DNA from: Sphaerodactylus townsendi | Taxonomy: Eukaryota | Assembly: GCF_021028975.2 (NCBI RefSeq) | Contig: NC_059428.1 | Coordinates: 149,234,001-149,298,000 of the forward strand | Length of the DNA stretch: 64,000 bases | Reading direction: 5' to 3' | Shown here: positions 1 through 10,299 of the stretch, piece after piece | How the letters are laid out: the number at the start of each line of letters is the position of its first letter | Position numbering within the stretch: position 1 is the stretch's first letter | Translations under genes and position numbers: made by a program | Notes under the pieces: model-generated | Seen by the model: the letters and a program-made list of their open reading frames with translations, nothing else | What the model was told of the DNA's origin: nothing | The model's database searches: none

Positions 1-1438
1 GGCAAGGAGGGAACTGAGGCACATCTTGGCAGACTGGCAACAGCTCCCATCAGAGAAACCCAACTTCCATCCTCAGCTGACCAAACCACTTGAGGGAAAT
101 GGCCGGAAGACCCTGAGGTGCTGGGTTTTGATCACCACCCAACTGCCCCCCTGCCCCCCAACCTCTGCAGGTGTTTCACCCACCTAAGGTGTGACCATCT
201 CCCAGGTAAGCTCACTGGGGCTTCGTGGAGCTGTTCTCTGTCCGAGGGGCCAGAAAGTCACCTCAGTTTTAGACTGCTGCCAAGTGCCCGGTCAAACTCA
301 TTTTCTCTCTCTTAAAAACACATTATTTATTTATTGGACTTGCTATCCTGCCTTTTCCCACCCAAAACCAGGCTCAGAGCGGCTCGCTTACGTAGTAAAA
401 TGCAATACAAATTCCATAGGAAACGTAACTAAACTAAAACAATAAAATGTCAATCTCCTCCTGTAATGTTTCATCAGATGGTGGGAACAATCAGGGTCTG
501 TTTCAGTCCCAGATTAGCCTAAAATTTTGTCCTCCACAAACAATAAACTGATCCGGGAGGAGGAGAGGGGGCAAGCCTCTGACAGAGCAAGGGAGTGGGC
601 TGGGCTTGTTTGGGAGGGGGGCATGGCTGCCCCACCAGGGAGACCCCTCTCTCCAAGCCTTGCCCAACTCGAGCTCCGTTTAACCAAAGAAGGCTGAGAA
701 CGAGGCCTGGGATTGGCTACCCACAAAGGAGGAAAGTCCTTCCCTTCCCAGCGTTTGGGGCTGGGTCTTCTTGGAGGCGGAACTCCATCAATACAAGCAG
801 AGGAAGCACACGGACCGGCCGGATTATCTGGAGACGTGTTTTTAATATACAACAGGAAAGGGTAACATTGCAAAGCCTGGCAGAAGCGCATGAACTGACC
901 CCCCCCCCTCCCCTTTTCTGTCCCAGCGGGAAGCCCTTGCAGAGTTCCTGCCGCCTGACCCGGAGGCGGAAAAGATCAGCTCTTGAGTTCTGCCTGCGGC
1001 TGAGCAGGCGGAAGTCCAAGCACTGACCACGACAGGCAGCCAGCCGCTGGATCAGGACCCCTGGCTCGTTGGTAATGACAGCTGCCCATGAAGCAAGAGG
1101 CACAGGGACCCGGGGGCAGAATGGAAGAGGCTCACGTATGGCGACAGGCCCCAGCAGGTGGGGCAAAGGGGCAGGCTGTATTCTGTTCCCACTGGGCCCC
1201 TTTCCTAAAAGACTCACAGAACCCAAAGCAGCCTGTGAATTGGGTACAAGAGGAAAAACTAGTGGCTAGCTGAGACCGCCAGCCACTGGGCCAGCCAGCT
1301 GCCCCATTAAATGCCAAGGAAGTAATGGGTTGGCTGGTACATCCCCCACCCCCAGCCTCGTCCTGCCCTCCCGGGGACAGATCATGCCTCTTCCATTGAA
1401 TATGCCGCCCCCCCCCCCCCGCTCTGCCACTGCTCCAG

Positions 1439-2498
1439 TCAGAAAGGCGCAACAGGCAACCGGGGCAGGAAGCCCTCTGTCCCCTGCCTGAAACCCCCCT
1501 GGCAAGAATCCTGCTCCTCTTCCTCCGTGCACGGGCTGAGGTCAAAGGCCAGGGGCTCTTCCCAAGATGCACCTGGCCATGTCCCTGTCTCTGCCTCCCA
1601 TGTCCTCAGGATGGGGTCTGGAATGCCCTGGAATGCCCCCTGGTGGGGGTCCTGGGGGGAGCCCGAGCTAAGACAGCCAGGATCCTGGGAGACCGTGCTG
1701 GGCAGAAGACCCACTTTAAAGGGCCGGTAGCCAGCCAAGCAGGGAATGTCCGGAGCGTTCTGGGAGGGGGCTTCTTGCTGGGGAGGGGAAAACAGTCCTT
1801 CTACACAGGAGGGAGGCCACCTGGTGAGCACCTGGGCTTGGTCAACTCCAGGAAAGTCTAGCTGATGTTTCCACGGAGGGTGGACGCTGGCTGTGGGCAG
1901 ACCCACGAGGCTGCTAAAGCTCTTGTAGCAGGGTGGCTGGGAGGTTGGGGCCTGGGGGCTCTTTCGGTCTGTGACAACCGCAGGGTAGGGGGTGCTGGAA
2001 AGCTGGTGAGGAAAAACCAGCGATTTGTACTGCGTTGGAGAAAAGGATTGGCCTCCGCCTCGTGGTTGCTCGAGGGCCGGGCTTGCTGCCCGGGAAGAGG
2101 CGGAAACAACAGAGTTCTGGTAGCCAGATGTGCACGAACCACTGGGATTCTTTTGGGGTGTCCCACCAAACAAGCAAAGATCTTCGAGCTCCAGTTTTGG
2201 AGCGCTGTCTGGAGGGGACTCTCCCAGGGCCGAGTCGGGGGCTTCAGCGCCTTCTGCGCTGCCCCCACTCCCCAGGATATCCAGAAAGAGGTCTGTTAAG
2301 GCATCATGGCGAGGGATGTGGTCTTCCTCGTCCTCCGTCTGGGCTCCAGGGCCTGAGGCTGCTTCGGGGGTGCAGATGGTAAGAGGTGACTCAACGGGAG
2401 GGGCTTCAGGAATGAGGCATGTGGGGACTCTCACGACTGCCTTGTCCAGCCGGCCAGAACACGTGGCCCCATCTTGAAGCAGAGAACCCGTGAAGCCT
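1439..2498 (-). CDS. IL4R: IL4R terminal cytoplasmic exon
   Basis: Branch point CTAAC plus acceptor before 2498; long Pro/Ser-rich ORF with acidic patch and motifs GYQNS, QYKSL, CYKSF, GYRPF. Confidence 0.85.
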
Positions 2499-5400
2499 CT
2501 GTTTTGGGGAGCAAAACAAAACTCCAGTTAGGGAGCCCCCTGACCGGTCCAAAGCCGAGGCCTAGTCTGCTGCCCCCATCCTCAGCCTTGCCCTCGGTGG
2601 CCTTCCCTGCCTGGCAGTCTGAGTTGAGAGCAGAGACACCTCGAGCCTCCTGGCAAAGGGGCACGCTGGGCAAAGCCCCCCCCCCCCCCCACCAAAGCAG
2701 GAAGCGTGACAGAAGATGTAAAAGGGGCTCTTTGCCTGACACACCGCTGGTTTCCCAAGAGATTCTCTGATGCGGCCCAGAATGGCACCTTTCCTTGGGC
2801 CCCCTGGAGCATCGGCCACACAACCAGACACTGAAAGAGACAGAAAGCAGGAGTCAAGCCCAGCGGTCCCAACCGCAGCCCCCCCGAAGCCATCCCCCAG
2901 GGAGCCTGCTGGAGGCAGCGTTCCTACCGGCTTCTTCCCAAAGTCCTTGGCCACCTTGCTCTTGGCGGGGCTGGGAACCTGGTCCCACAACTCTCGCTTC
3001 AGCCTGCAAGGAAAGAACGGGCCGTTTGGCAGCCTGCCCTCCTTGGCTCAGGCAGAAGCAGCACGTGCACATGCAGACCTCAATCCTGTGCAACAGCTCA
3101 AATGGGGGGGGGGATGTAAAAATGCACTGCAGCGAAAGAGTGGCCAGCCCAAAAGGCACTGCTGCGACCACAAGGGGACAGCCAGAGGGCAGGTAGCAGC
3201 TCACCTGTCAAGGAAGCTGAAGGTGCCTTCACAGGGAGTGGCAGGTGGTGAAATCAAGAGCAGCACCCTGGCCACGAAGTGGCACACAAGGAGGCTGGCA
3301 CAACATGGAGTCACGGCTGCTTCTCACACGGGCCTTTGGGAACTGCAGCCCCCAACCCGTGATGAGGTAGCCAGGCAGATGGGAAGTCCGGAGTGGTTTC
3401 CGCATGGGCTAAGCAGCACGGGAAGGCAGGGGGGCGCCCCATGTTGCAGGGGCCCCGGAAGCATAATCCATCTCCCACTGCCCTCCTCATGGGGAAGGCC
3501 CGAGGATCCAGCAGCCTTTACCTGATCCAGCAGAAGAAAGAGGCTGGAACCAGCACCAGCACCAGGAAGCAGATCAAGAGAATCAGCCGCCAGAGGGTGT
3601 CTCCAGATTCCGGCTTGAAATCTGGAAAAGCAGCACTCAATAAATCACCTGGAGAATACTCCGAAAAGCAGGGGGGGGGGGGGCACAGACCCATCATGAC
3701 CTCACGAGGCTCAATCCAAATTCCTGGTCCTCAGCACCTCCAGTGCGAAGACGCCAAGCCTCACAACAAGGCAGAATTCTGCCAGAGGAGGTGGATGGTC
3801 TCTTGGGCTGACTGAAGAAGAGTGTGGATTTATATTCCCCCCTTTCTCTCCTGCAAGGAGACTCAAAGGGGCTTACAATCGCCGTTCCCTCCCCACACCC
3901 CCACAACAAACACCCTGTGAGGAGGGTGGGGCTGAGAGAGCTCCCAAGAACTGCGACTAGCCCCAGGTCACCCAGCTGGCGTGTGTTGGAGTGTGCAAGG
4001 TAATCTGGCTCACCCGATAAGCCTCTACAGCTCAAGTGGCAGAGCGGGGAATCGAACCCAGTTCTCCAGATTAGAGTGCACCTGCTCTTAACCACTACAC
4101 CACTGCTGCTCCCCGAGTACAAGACTAGATGTAATCTTGGCAAGTGTGTGTGTGTTTGTGTTTTCCCCTCTTGTGAGCGAAAGCAGGCCGCCTCTGGCTC
4201 CAGGGCAAAACTGTAAGATGTAGAGGCTGGGTGGCCACCTGTCAGGAGCGCTTGGATTGTGTGTTTCTGCACTGCAGGGGGTTGGCCTTGATGGCCCCTG
4301 GGGTCTCTTCCAACTCTATGATTCTATGTGGTTGTTTTGGCCCCCCCAAAACCAGCAACCGCTCTAGAAGTTCTGTCCCACCCCGCCCAAGGAAGTTATT
4401 GGTGGAAATCTCCAGCGCCACTGCAGAGGAGGAGGGGAAGGTGGGACTCACTGTTGATCAACGTGACCGGGCTGCTCCACTCGCTCCAGAAGCCCCCCCA
4501 GTCTGCCAATCTATACCGCACCCACACGGTGTAGTTCTCTCCTGGCAACAGGGACTGAGCAAAAATTTCACAGTGTTCTGCTTGCTCTGTAATATTTCTC
4601 AGTTCCTGGGAGAAAGGAAACATAACAAGACCATTTTCAGGCCATTGCACTTGACCTTTAAAAACCAAGAACTCTCTATACCCTGTTCAGGATAAAGATG
4701 ACAGAAGATTTGCTAATTCATCTGACCTTTCTTTGTCCTAGGGTCCTGGTGCCGGCCTAGTTCTGTCCCCAAGGCACTAGGACCCAAGCAGAGCATTCCA
4801 GAACAAAGACAGGAATCTATATTCAGGTGAGCTCTTTTATTATGAAAACAGCATCAGGAAAAAGCATTTGGACTTCTATCGCCAGACCTAAAGTTTGCAT
4901 GTCAAAGTTTACATGTACCCTGAACAGGGTATAGCAACCCCTGTTTTTCATCTCCCTTACTTTCGAGCATGGAAATGTGAGAGGAACACTGAAGCAGAGA
5001 AAGCAGAGAGAAGCAGCGGGAGACGCCCTGCTACGGAGCCCAGCCGAGCAGCTGAAGGAGGCGATCAGAAACCTCATAGAGTAGACGTTACACAGGGTTG
5101 GTGGCAGCCGAAGAGTGGAGAGCTCTTTAAGAATCCAGATGGGGGATCGGGAACTTCTACCTAAAATCTGCGGCTTATCAGTCACTACAATCTCCTTCCC
5201 AGAAGACTGGAAGGCAGCCAATGGAAGAGGAATATTTTTAAATAGGATGCTTGGGGGCTGGGGAGGAATACACACTGTCTGCTCAATCCCTGTTCCAGGC
5301 AAATTGATAGAAAGTGATATTCCAAACGAGGGATATTAAACGCCTCTTGCCGAGAAAGAATCAGCATAACTTCAGCAATGGGAAGTTCTGCCTCCCCACA

Positions 5401-8400
5401 TGTGCAGAATTCGTCTATGATCTGTCAGCCGACCTATCGAGGATTCTAAAATGCTCAAGCCAAGAAGCAGCGGAATTGAAAGAGGCAACGTGCAGCACAG
5501 ACTCCCCGGGGGTATTTCCAGGCTGCCCCTGATCAGGCGGCCAGTCCACCCAGTGGGAAGGTTGATGATTGGCAGTTTGCGGACTTCTGAATCACTCCGC
5601 TCAGGGAAGCCAAGTGCTTTGCGCAAATGGAAGCAGATGGTTCAGAGGGTAAGTCAAACTCACAGGTCTATTCCAGAGGAAGGGAGAGAGAAACAGCGGG
5701 GACAAGGGAGAGACCTACCGGTTGCTCTGACCCTTCGGATGAAATCCGGACTTGATGTAATACTTTAATGTTTCGAATATGACTGTCTGGGCCGTAGTCC
5801 TTGGTCCAGTTCAGGACAAACGAACGCTTGCTGCTCTTGGTCACTGTGAGGTTTATAGGCGGCCGAGGCTTCACTGCTTTCAGGGGAGAAACAACAGTCG
5901 AGCACTGAGAAACGAGAGCCAGGGGGCAGGGCTGAGTCCTGCAGGGGGTTTCTGAAGGAAGGGGCTTCTCCCGAGACCACAAGGGGGACCCCCCCCCCAC
6001 ACACACACGTGGTGGGCCTTCTCACAGCCATTAGTGGAGAGGGAGGGGCTGGGGGGAGGTCTAATGAGTTAATTCCCCTTCCGACACCCACTACTCCTGT
6101 GGACCCTTTGGGCCGAGCCGGCCCCCCGCCCCAACCGCAGTCGACATTCCATTGTGCTTGAAACCATCCCTGCATAGACCAGAAAAGGACTCTGCGCACG
6201 AAGGCCAGACACAGCCTCACCGATGTTGTCAAGTTTAACCGTCGTGTTCTTGGATTTTTTTGTCCCAGCCCCCAGTGACAAAGTGAACTCGGTCCCGCCG
6301 AAATCAGTCTCTTTCATCCCATTCATTCTGCAAAAACATCTGGGGGAGGCAAACTCTGGGATTCTCCTGTTCTCGGGAACACACTTTGGCCGGCTGAAAG
6401 AGATGGGGAAAAGGCAACTTCCTCGTAGGGGGCTTCGCACTCAGCCTCTTGGCAGAATGAAGCCCCTGTAGGTGAGGATCCCCCCACCCCCATCCCACCC
6501 GTTCTGATGACAGCCCCTTGTGGTCCACAACAAGCCTCCCTTTGAGGCACAGAAAAGGGGAGCGAATACTTTTTCCCAGTCTGATAAAGGGTATCATCAA
6601 AACCATTTTGGATCTGGCATTGTATTGCAGCTGGCAGAGAGACATTTCATTTGAGAATCCTTTGCCCAGCCGACTCACTGGCACAGGTCTGAACTCACCG
6701 CTCTTTCTAGAGGGGAAATCCTCCTTTCTGGCCTAAATATGGCGAGATGGGGAGACTCTGCAGCCCAACTCTTTTGCTCACACACATCAAAGCCCACCAA
6801 GTAGACTCCTAGACTGACCCCGAGGACAACGGAGCGGAGAAACCCCCTTCAGCTTGACCCAAGACAACCCCAAGCCCCTTGTTAACACACTTCAGCATGA
6901 CAGTGCAGGTACTCACAGTTTGGCATTGTTGTAAACATTCACCCGGAACGTCTTAGCGCAGTCGGTAGCACCCTCTGCATCCCAGTGACAGACCACCTCT
7001 GTGGCGAAATCGGTGTAACACTGCAGGTCAAAGTTCTCCGAAGCCCCAACTGGAAAGAAACAGGAGAGCTCACCGAAGGCCCAGCCCCTGGTGGGGTGCG
7101 TGTGTCCCGGCTCTCATTTCCTGCACCCGAGGCGGTGCGACTTCAACAATGAGGCTGCAGACCCTTCACGCCTTCCCTGCGGCCAGGGACACAGACCCCG
7201 CTGCTCTGCACACGGCAGAGGCAGGCACCAAGGCAAGGGACATGGGAGGGTTGCGTGGTCACAAGCAGCTGTGCAAAATCACAGCACAGCATACAATTCC
7301 ACTCCCCCACGTGACATGCTGGTCCCCCCCGCCCATGATATTCATGTTGGTCTGCAACAGAAGAGCTGGATTCGAGTCCAAAAGCACCTGAGAAACCAAG
7401 ATTTTTTGAGGCACACATTTCAGTCAAAGACCTCTTCATCAGACACAAGTAAAAATGGAGATCCCTGAATTCGAACCTGTGGTCTCTCAGATCCTAGACC
7501 AACACTCTAACCACTACACCAGGCTGGCTTTTTAAATGTTTGTTGTTATTACTAATGACACATTTACGATCACAGAAATAACCGTCATAGCAGTCCCTCA
7601 AACCAGTGAAGCCTTTGTTGACAAATTCCAACCAGGATTATATTAGGGCAAAATAGACATCAGCCACAGGCCAGGCCTGCTCCAAAACAGCTGTTTTGGG
7701 AGGAGCAGTTCTGCCAGCCCACACAACAACTGCTGGCACACGGCAACGGCACTTCGAATGCATAAAAAAGTATTGCCACAAACCAGATGTGGGGAAACGA
7801 TGAACCACAATAACAGAAAACACTGAATCCAACAGAACAATGACTGGGCTCTTCGCAGGAAATTGAGCAAGCGAATGCCGGCAATCCCAAACTCTGCGGC
7901 TCGCTTGGGGCCCGCCCTATCCTTTGCATACCTCCAAAAGAGAACTCACCCACTCATTTCTGGTTTAGCTTTCGGGAGAACAAACAATTCCCAAGAACTG
8001 TGAGTTCATTTCCCCAGAAGCTACAAAACAACTTCTTGGAGACTCTGGGATCTTCCCGCCAGGTGCAAAAGGACACCTCCCAAAGCGTCCTGATATGCAA
8101 ATAGTCACCCAGAAATCTCACTGCTTGTCAATCCGACCATTGCCCCAAACTCACCAAGTGGCAAAGTCACAGCTGCACAACTCGCTCCAGTTACACAATC
8201 TGTGCCCCCCCACCCCGTGTTCCCTCCCCCTCCCCGGCTGCTAGCAAAGCAGGCCTGGATGACTGACCCAAAGGACCATCTCCCCCTTTCCCTCCCCTCC
8301 ATACCAACCTGCCCCACTCCTGAGATGAATGAAAGAGACAGCCTACTCTCACAGAAGGAGAGAGGGGGGATTTCTGAAAAAAAAATTTTTTGGCCTGGGG

Positions 8401-9187
8401 GGCTGATTAGAATATCTTGATCCACTTATTTATTTTTAATTACTTATAGTGTGCCTTCCTCACTTCGATTCAAGTCGGATTATAATCAGTGGTGGGATCC
8501 AAACATTTTAACAACAGGTTCCGATGGGGGTGGGATTCAAACAGTGGCGCCGCCGCACACACGCGCCTCCAGTCCCTGTTGGGCAGTGCTTCTTGGCACT
8601 CAGAAAAAATGAGTAGCCACTTCTAGAGAAGTGGTGAGAACAGGTTGGATCCCACCTCTGATTATTATGCAGAGTGAGCTGAGACAATCAACAAGTCAAC
8701 GGGAATTGCGGTCGTTCAACAAGTCAACGGGAATTGGGGTCGTAGTCGAACCAGCCAGAAATCCCAAACCAGAACTGAAGCAAAGCGCAGGTGTTCAACC
8801 AGATACATTGAACGAAGCACAAATTACTTAGCGGGATCCTACTTATGGGCGCACAAAAGCCCCCCCCCCCCGTTTCTCCCAGTAACTTTGCGGACCATTC
8901 TGCCCAGCGCCCCCCACTCGCCAGGCACCGGCCCAGGGGTCTGCAACCTGCGGCTCGCCAGATGTTCATGGACTACAAATCCCATCAGCCCCTGCCAGCT
9001 GGCCCAGCAGCCCGCTTCCCACACCGGGCACCGACTCTGACCACGCAGGCTGTTAGCAAAGGAGGCTCCAGGAGGCACCTGGGCTTTCCCACCCACCTGC
9101 CCGCGGAGCCTTACCTGGAGCGACCAGGTAGGAAAGGAAGACGGCCAAACGCCAAAGGCCAAGCGCTCCGGGCCAGGCTGTGGGCAT
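1439..9187 (-). CDS. IL4R: Interleukin-4 receptor alpha chain, spliced CDS complement(join 9115-9187, 6917-7049, 6221-6393, 5719-5873, 4452-4605, 3522-3621, 2928-3003, 2745-2830, 1439-2498), 2010 nt, about 669 aa
   Basis: Signal peptide MPTAWPGALGLWRLAVFLSYLVAP; class I cytokine receptor Cys pattern (CYTDF..VCHW..DC..C..C); WSEWS motif; TM LWRLILLICFLVLVLVPASFFCW; Box1 LWDQVPSPAKS; tail with YKSF/GYRPF STAT6-type motifs. All introns GT-AG with compatible phases. Head-to-head with NSMCE1, as in human. Confidence 0.9.
2745..2830 (-). CDS. IL4R: IL4R short cytoplasmic exon
   Basis: Strong polypyrimidine/CAG acceptor; phase-2 donor CG|GTGTGT needed to join the last-exon frame; little sequence-level support. 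Confidence 0.65.
2928..3003 (-). CDS. IL4R: IL4R Box1 exon
   Basis: LKRELWDQVPSPAKSKVA resembles human IKKEWWDQIPNPARS. Confidence 0.9.
3522..3621 (-). CDS. IL4R: IL4R transmembrane exon
   Basis: FKPESGDTLWRLILLICFLVLVLVPASFFCWI; GTAAAG donor. Confidence 0.9.
3814..4110 (-). mobile_element. Squam3-type tRNA/CORE SINE
   Basis: Minus strand begins AGCAGTGGTGTAGTGG (A box) ... GGTTCGATTCC (B box), MIR-like core GGGTGACC..GGCTAGTC, (CTT)n tail; many near-identical copies in the window. Confidence 0.85.
4216..4329 (+). mobile_element. CR1 LINE 3' end fragment
   Basis: ..GGTCTCTTCCAACTCTATGATTCTATG, the CR1 octamer tail. Confidence 0.8.
4452..4605 (-). CDS. IL4R: IL4R exon with WSxWS motif
   Basis: LLPGENYTVWVRYRL..GFWSEWSSP; GTGAGT donor. 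Confidence 0.93.
5719..5873 (-). CDS. IL4R: IL4R exon, FN3 D2 first half
   Basis: VKPRPPINLTVTK..FVLNWTKDY; GTAGGT donor. Confidence 0.9.
6221..6393 (-). CDS. IL4R: IL4R exon, D1 C-terminal half
   Basis: RPKCVPENRR..RCFCRM..KLDNI; tttcag acceptor, GTGAGG donor. Confidence 0.9.
6917..7049 (-). CDS. IL4R: IL4R exon, D1 N-terminal half
   Basis: GASENFDLQCYTDFATEVVCHWDAEGATDCAKTFRV; ttccag acceptor, GTGAGT donor. Confidence 0.9.
8487..8660. mobile_element. Non-autonomous hAT element (MITE)
   Basis: TIRs CAGTGGTGGGATCC / GGATCCCACCTCTG; 8-bp TSD ATTATAAT / ATTATTAT. Confidence 0.8.
8934..9001. mobile_element. Half copy of a palindromic hAT MITE
   Basis: CAGGGGTCTGCAACCTGCGGCTC..GGACTACAAATCCCATCAGCCCCTGCCAGC, same family as the 24492 and 26757 copies. 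Confidence 0.7.
9115..9187 (-). CDS. IL4R: IL4R signal-peptide exon
   Basis: ATG at 9187, hydrophobic 24 aa, phase-1 donor G|GTAAGG; acceptor CAG just upstream (exon from 9199). Confidence 0.85.
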
Positions 9188-9239
9188 CCCGGGGGCCACC
9201 TGCCCAGAGAGAGGGCTGGGCAGCACCCACATTGCACGG

Positions 9240-9800
9240 TCCTCCTGGGTGCCCCCAGAGCCCGCCGGCCCGCCCGCCCGCCCGGTGGAGTTCCAGTGGG
9301 AAGGGGGCGGGGGCCGCAGGGACCCCCTTTGGCGGCGGCGGCCTCCTCCTCCTCGCCGGAGCCCCCTCGACGCCAGCGCCGCCGCCACCCGCCCCTCTCT
9401 CGGCCTCGCCCGTTCTCTTCCGCCGCCGCCGCCGCCGCCGAGGCCCCGCCCACCACCCCCAGGCTCCTCCTCCTCCGGCCTGACACCGCCCTCCGCCTCG
9501 TGGTCTCCGCCGCCCCGCCTGCCCCGGCCTCAGCGCCGCGCCGCGCCGCGCCCCGGTGAGAGGAGGGGAGCGGAGCGCCGCACTCTGCCCATGCTCAGAG
9601 ACCCGCCCCCCGTTATTAGGCGCTCGCCTGCCCTTGGCGCCCTCACAACAACCCCGCGAGGGAGGCTAGAGCGGGCCCAAGAAGGGCGCGCAGAGGCGGG
9701 GGCCTCCCGCCGTCTCACCACTGCGCGCGGGGGGGGGGGGGCTGTCACGCTGGAAGGGGGCCGGGGTGCGGGCGGGGGGCTGGTGCCTGACCGCCCTGCC
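9240..9800. promoter_or_regulatory. CpG island, probable shared bidirectional promoter of IL4R and NSMCE1
   Basis: Very high GC and CpG density, (CCG)n runs and several GC boxes (CCGCCC/GGGCGG) between the divergent start codons at 9187 and 10137. Confidence 0.8.
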
Positions 9801-10136
9801 TTAACTCATCCACGCGCCGCTTTGCCCCTCCTGCAGGCACAGGTTGGTCCTCTTGGCATGCTAGGTGGAGGTGGCAGCGCCAGCCCTCAAGGGCGGCGCA
9901 AGTGTGCAGGCATGGGGCAGGCTGCAGGGGCGGCGTTCCTTGGCTGGGACCTGTGGGGCAGTCCCCAGAAAACAGAGGGCAAGAGCCCCAGGGCAGCCCT
10001 CTGCCAGGCAGGTGCCTGATGCCCGTCCTGGCTGCCCGCGAGGGGCTGGGCTGGGCCTTCCTCACCAGCTCTCTGTGACGCTCTCCTTTCTGACGGTCCT
10101 CCTAGCTGTGTGCTGCTGACTTCTCTGGCGGGTACC

Positions 10137-10299
10137 ATGAGCAGAGCCAAGGCGTCCACACCCGTCGCTGCCTTCCCTCTGTGCCAGGACGTCCACACCG
10201 ATGCCCACCGCCAATTCCTGCAGGCCCTGATGTCTCGGGGCGCAGTGGACAGAGTGCGGGCTGCCACCCTGCACCGGCAGTGCTGCGAACTGCATCGGG
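10137..10299 (+). CDS. NSMCE1: NSMCE1 first coding exon
   Basis: accATGa start; [15 protein letters not shown]; G|GTGAGT donor; exact start codon less certain. Confidence 0.82.

Noticed and set aside
3990-4110. tRNA gene (A and B boxes present)
   Set aside because: It is the tRNA-derived head of a multi-copy SINE and I could not form a full cloverleaf.
4820-5620. Possible extra IL4R exon or LINE fragment in the intron
   Set aside because: The flanking exons join in phase without it and I could not read a convincing protein motif.
1439-9187. IL21R as the identity of the receptor
   Set aside because: Box1 (WDQVPSPAKS), YKxF-type motifs and direct adjacency to NSMCE1 fit IL4R better.
8839-10019. 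Several 200-280 aa Pro/Arg/Gly-rich ORFs on both strands
   Set aside because: Expected by-product of a CpG island with few stop codons; no domain signal.
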